Shown here: piece by piece, positions 63,071 to 64,000 of the stretch
How positions within the stretch are numbered: the stretch's first letter is position 1
Layout: every line of letters begins with the position of its first letter
DNA from: Gillisia sp.
Lineage (GTDB): Bacteria > Bacteroidota > Bacteroidia > Flavobacteriales > Flavobacteriaceae
Assembly (NCBI GenBank): GCA_039989915.1
Contig: JBDXGW010000001.1
Coordinates: 193,527-257,526 of the forward strand
DNA: 64,000 nucleotides
Reading direction: 5' to 3'
Program-made: the position numbers and the translations under genes
Notes under the pieces: model-generated
Databases searched by the model: none
Told to the model about the DNA's origin: nothing
What the model saw: only the letters and a program-made list of their open reading frames with translations

Positions 63071-64000
63071 ATGAAAAAACTACTGCTCACACTTTGCGGA
63101 ATATTCTATATCTCTGCAGCCTTTTCCCAGGATATTTATATACAGGCCGGAAAACTTATTGATACCAAAAACGGAAAGGTTCTTACTGAAAAGACCATCG
63201 TAATTTCAGGAAATAAGATAAAGAGTGTAGAGAATGGATACATTCAACCAAAAACACAGGCAGATAGTTTAATAGACCTTAGAAATATGACAGTGCTGCC
63301 GGGGCTTACAGATATGCACGTGCATTTGGAAAGCGAGACCAATCCGCAGAAATACCTGGAAAGTTTCACCTTTAATGAAGCCGATTTTGCGTTCAATTCG
63401 GTAGGATTTGCAAAAACCACTCTGTTGGCCGGATTTACAACCGTAAGAGAACTTGGCGGTAGCGGGGTAAATATTGCCTTAAGAAACGCTATCAACGCAG
63501 GAAAAGTAGATGGTCCCAGGGTTTTCACCGCGGGAAAATCGCTCGCAACTACCGGTGGGCATGCAGATCCTACAAATAGTTTTAACCGAAACCTGGTGGG
63601 AGATCCCGGGCCCAAAGAAGGCGTTGTCAATAATGCAGATGAAGCGGCTAAAGCGGTAAGGCAAAACTACAAGAACGGGAGTGACCTTATAAAGATCACC
63701 GCGACCGGCGGCGTATTAAGTGTGGCGAAGAGCAGTTCCAATCCGCAATTTACTGAAGAAGAAATAAAAGCCATCACTTCCACTGCAAAGGATTATGGTT
63801 TCCACGTTGCCGCCCATGCACATGGAGATGAAGGAATGCAACGGGCAATAAGGGGCGGAGTAACAACCATTGAGCATGGAACCTTAATGAGTGAAAAGAC
63901 AATGGACCTTATGAAAGAGTACGGGACATATTATGTACCTACCATCACCGCAGGAAAAGAGGTAAGTGAAAAGGCTGAAATTGAGAATTATTATCCCGCA
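63071..64000 (+). CDS. Amidohydrolase-family protein, 3'-truncated by the window end (not in the ORF track)
   Basis: ATG at 63071 with the frame open to nt 64000. Signal peptide MKKLLLTLCGIFYISAAFSQ. HxH in LPGLTDMHVHL. AAHAHGDEG. It is a paralog of the 20263-21660 product type. Confidence 0.85.
   Translation, partial: MKKLLLTLCGIFYISAAFSQDIYIQAGKLIDTKNGKVLTEKTIVISGNKIKSVENGYIQPKTQADSLIDLRNMTVLPGLTDMHVHLESETNPQKYLESFTFNEADFAFNSVGFAKTTLLAGFTTVRELGGSGVNIALRNAINAGKVDGPRVFTAGKSLATTGGHADPTNSFNRNLVGDPGPKEGVVNNADEAAKAVRQNYKNGSDLIKITATGGVLSVAKSSSNPQFTEEEIKAITSTAKDYGFHVAAHAHGDEGMQRAIRGGVTTIEHGTLMSEKTMDLMKEYGTYYVPTITAGKEVSEKAEIENYYPA

Overview
The window looks like a chromosomal segment of a Flavobacteriaceae-type Bacteroidota genome. 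Supporting signs are TAnnTTTG-type -7 boxes, no Shine-Dalgarno signals, an STN/TonB-dependent receptor with a DUF4249 partner, a tricorn-like protease, GH3/DUF2797, and many lipoproteins. I call about 47 protein genes, 2 tRNAs (Gly-GCC, Leu-TAA) and a set of hairpin terminators. I see no rRNA, CRISPR array, transposase, integrase or recognisable defence genes. Most of the window is housekeeping: era, mutS, waaA, folK, SulP, an ABC exporter, peptidases of families M1/M16/S41/M15, an SDR, and a two-component pair.

The region most worth a second look is about 50.9-60.5 kb. A non-canonical LexA-like repressor (XRE HTH plus S24 autopeptidase) is divergent from an operon encoding a Y-family polymerase and DnaE2. 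That operon runs, through overlapping stop/start codons, into a radical-SAM protein (with a helix-hairpin-helix motif) and a DUF4130/TIGR03915-like protein, a pair with no known biochemistry. The module is embedded in unusual simple-repeat spacers made of three-letter alphabets and repeated hairpins. It is also bracketed on both sides by five paralogous genes for tiny, very acidic lipoproteins. One of these (47 aa) is missing from the ORF track.

Other items are a four-gene outer-membrane cluster of unknown function (34.6-41.0 kb), an orphan CarH/LitR-type B12 photoregulator, a folK-deoxynucleoside kinase fusion, and two further repeat loci (6.5-6.9 kb, 29.1-29.4 kb). All functional calls rest on motif recognition by eye. 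No database search was run.
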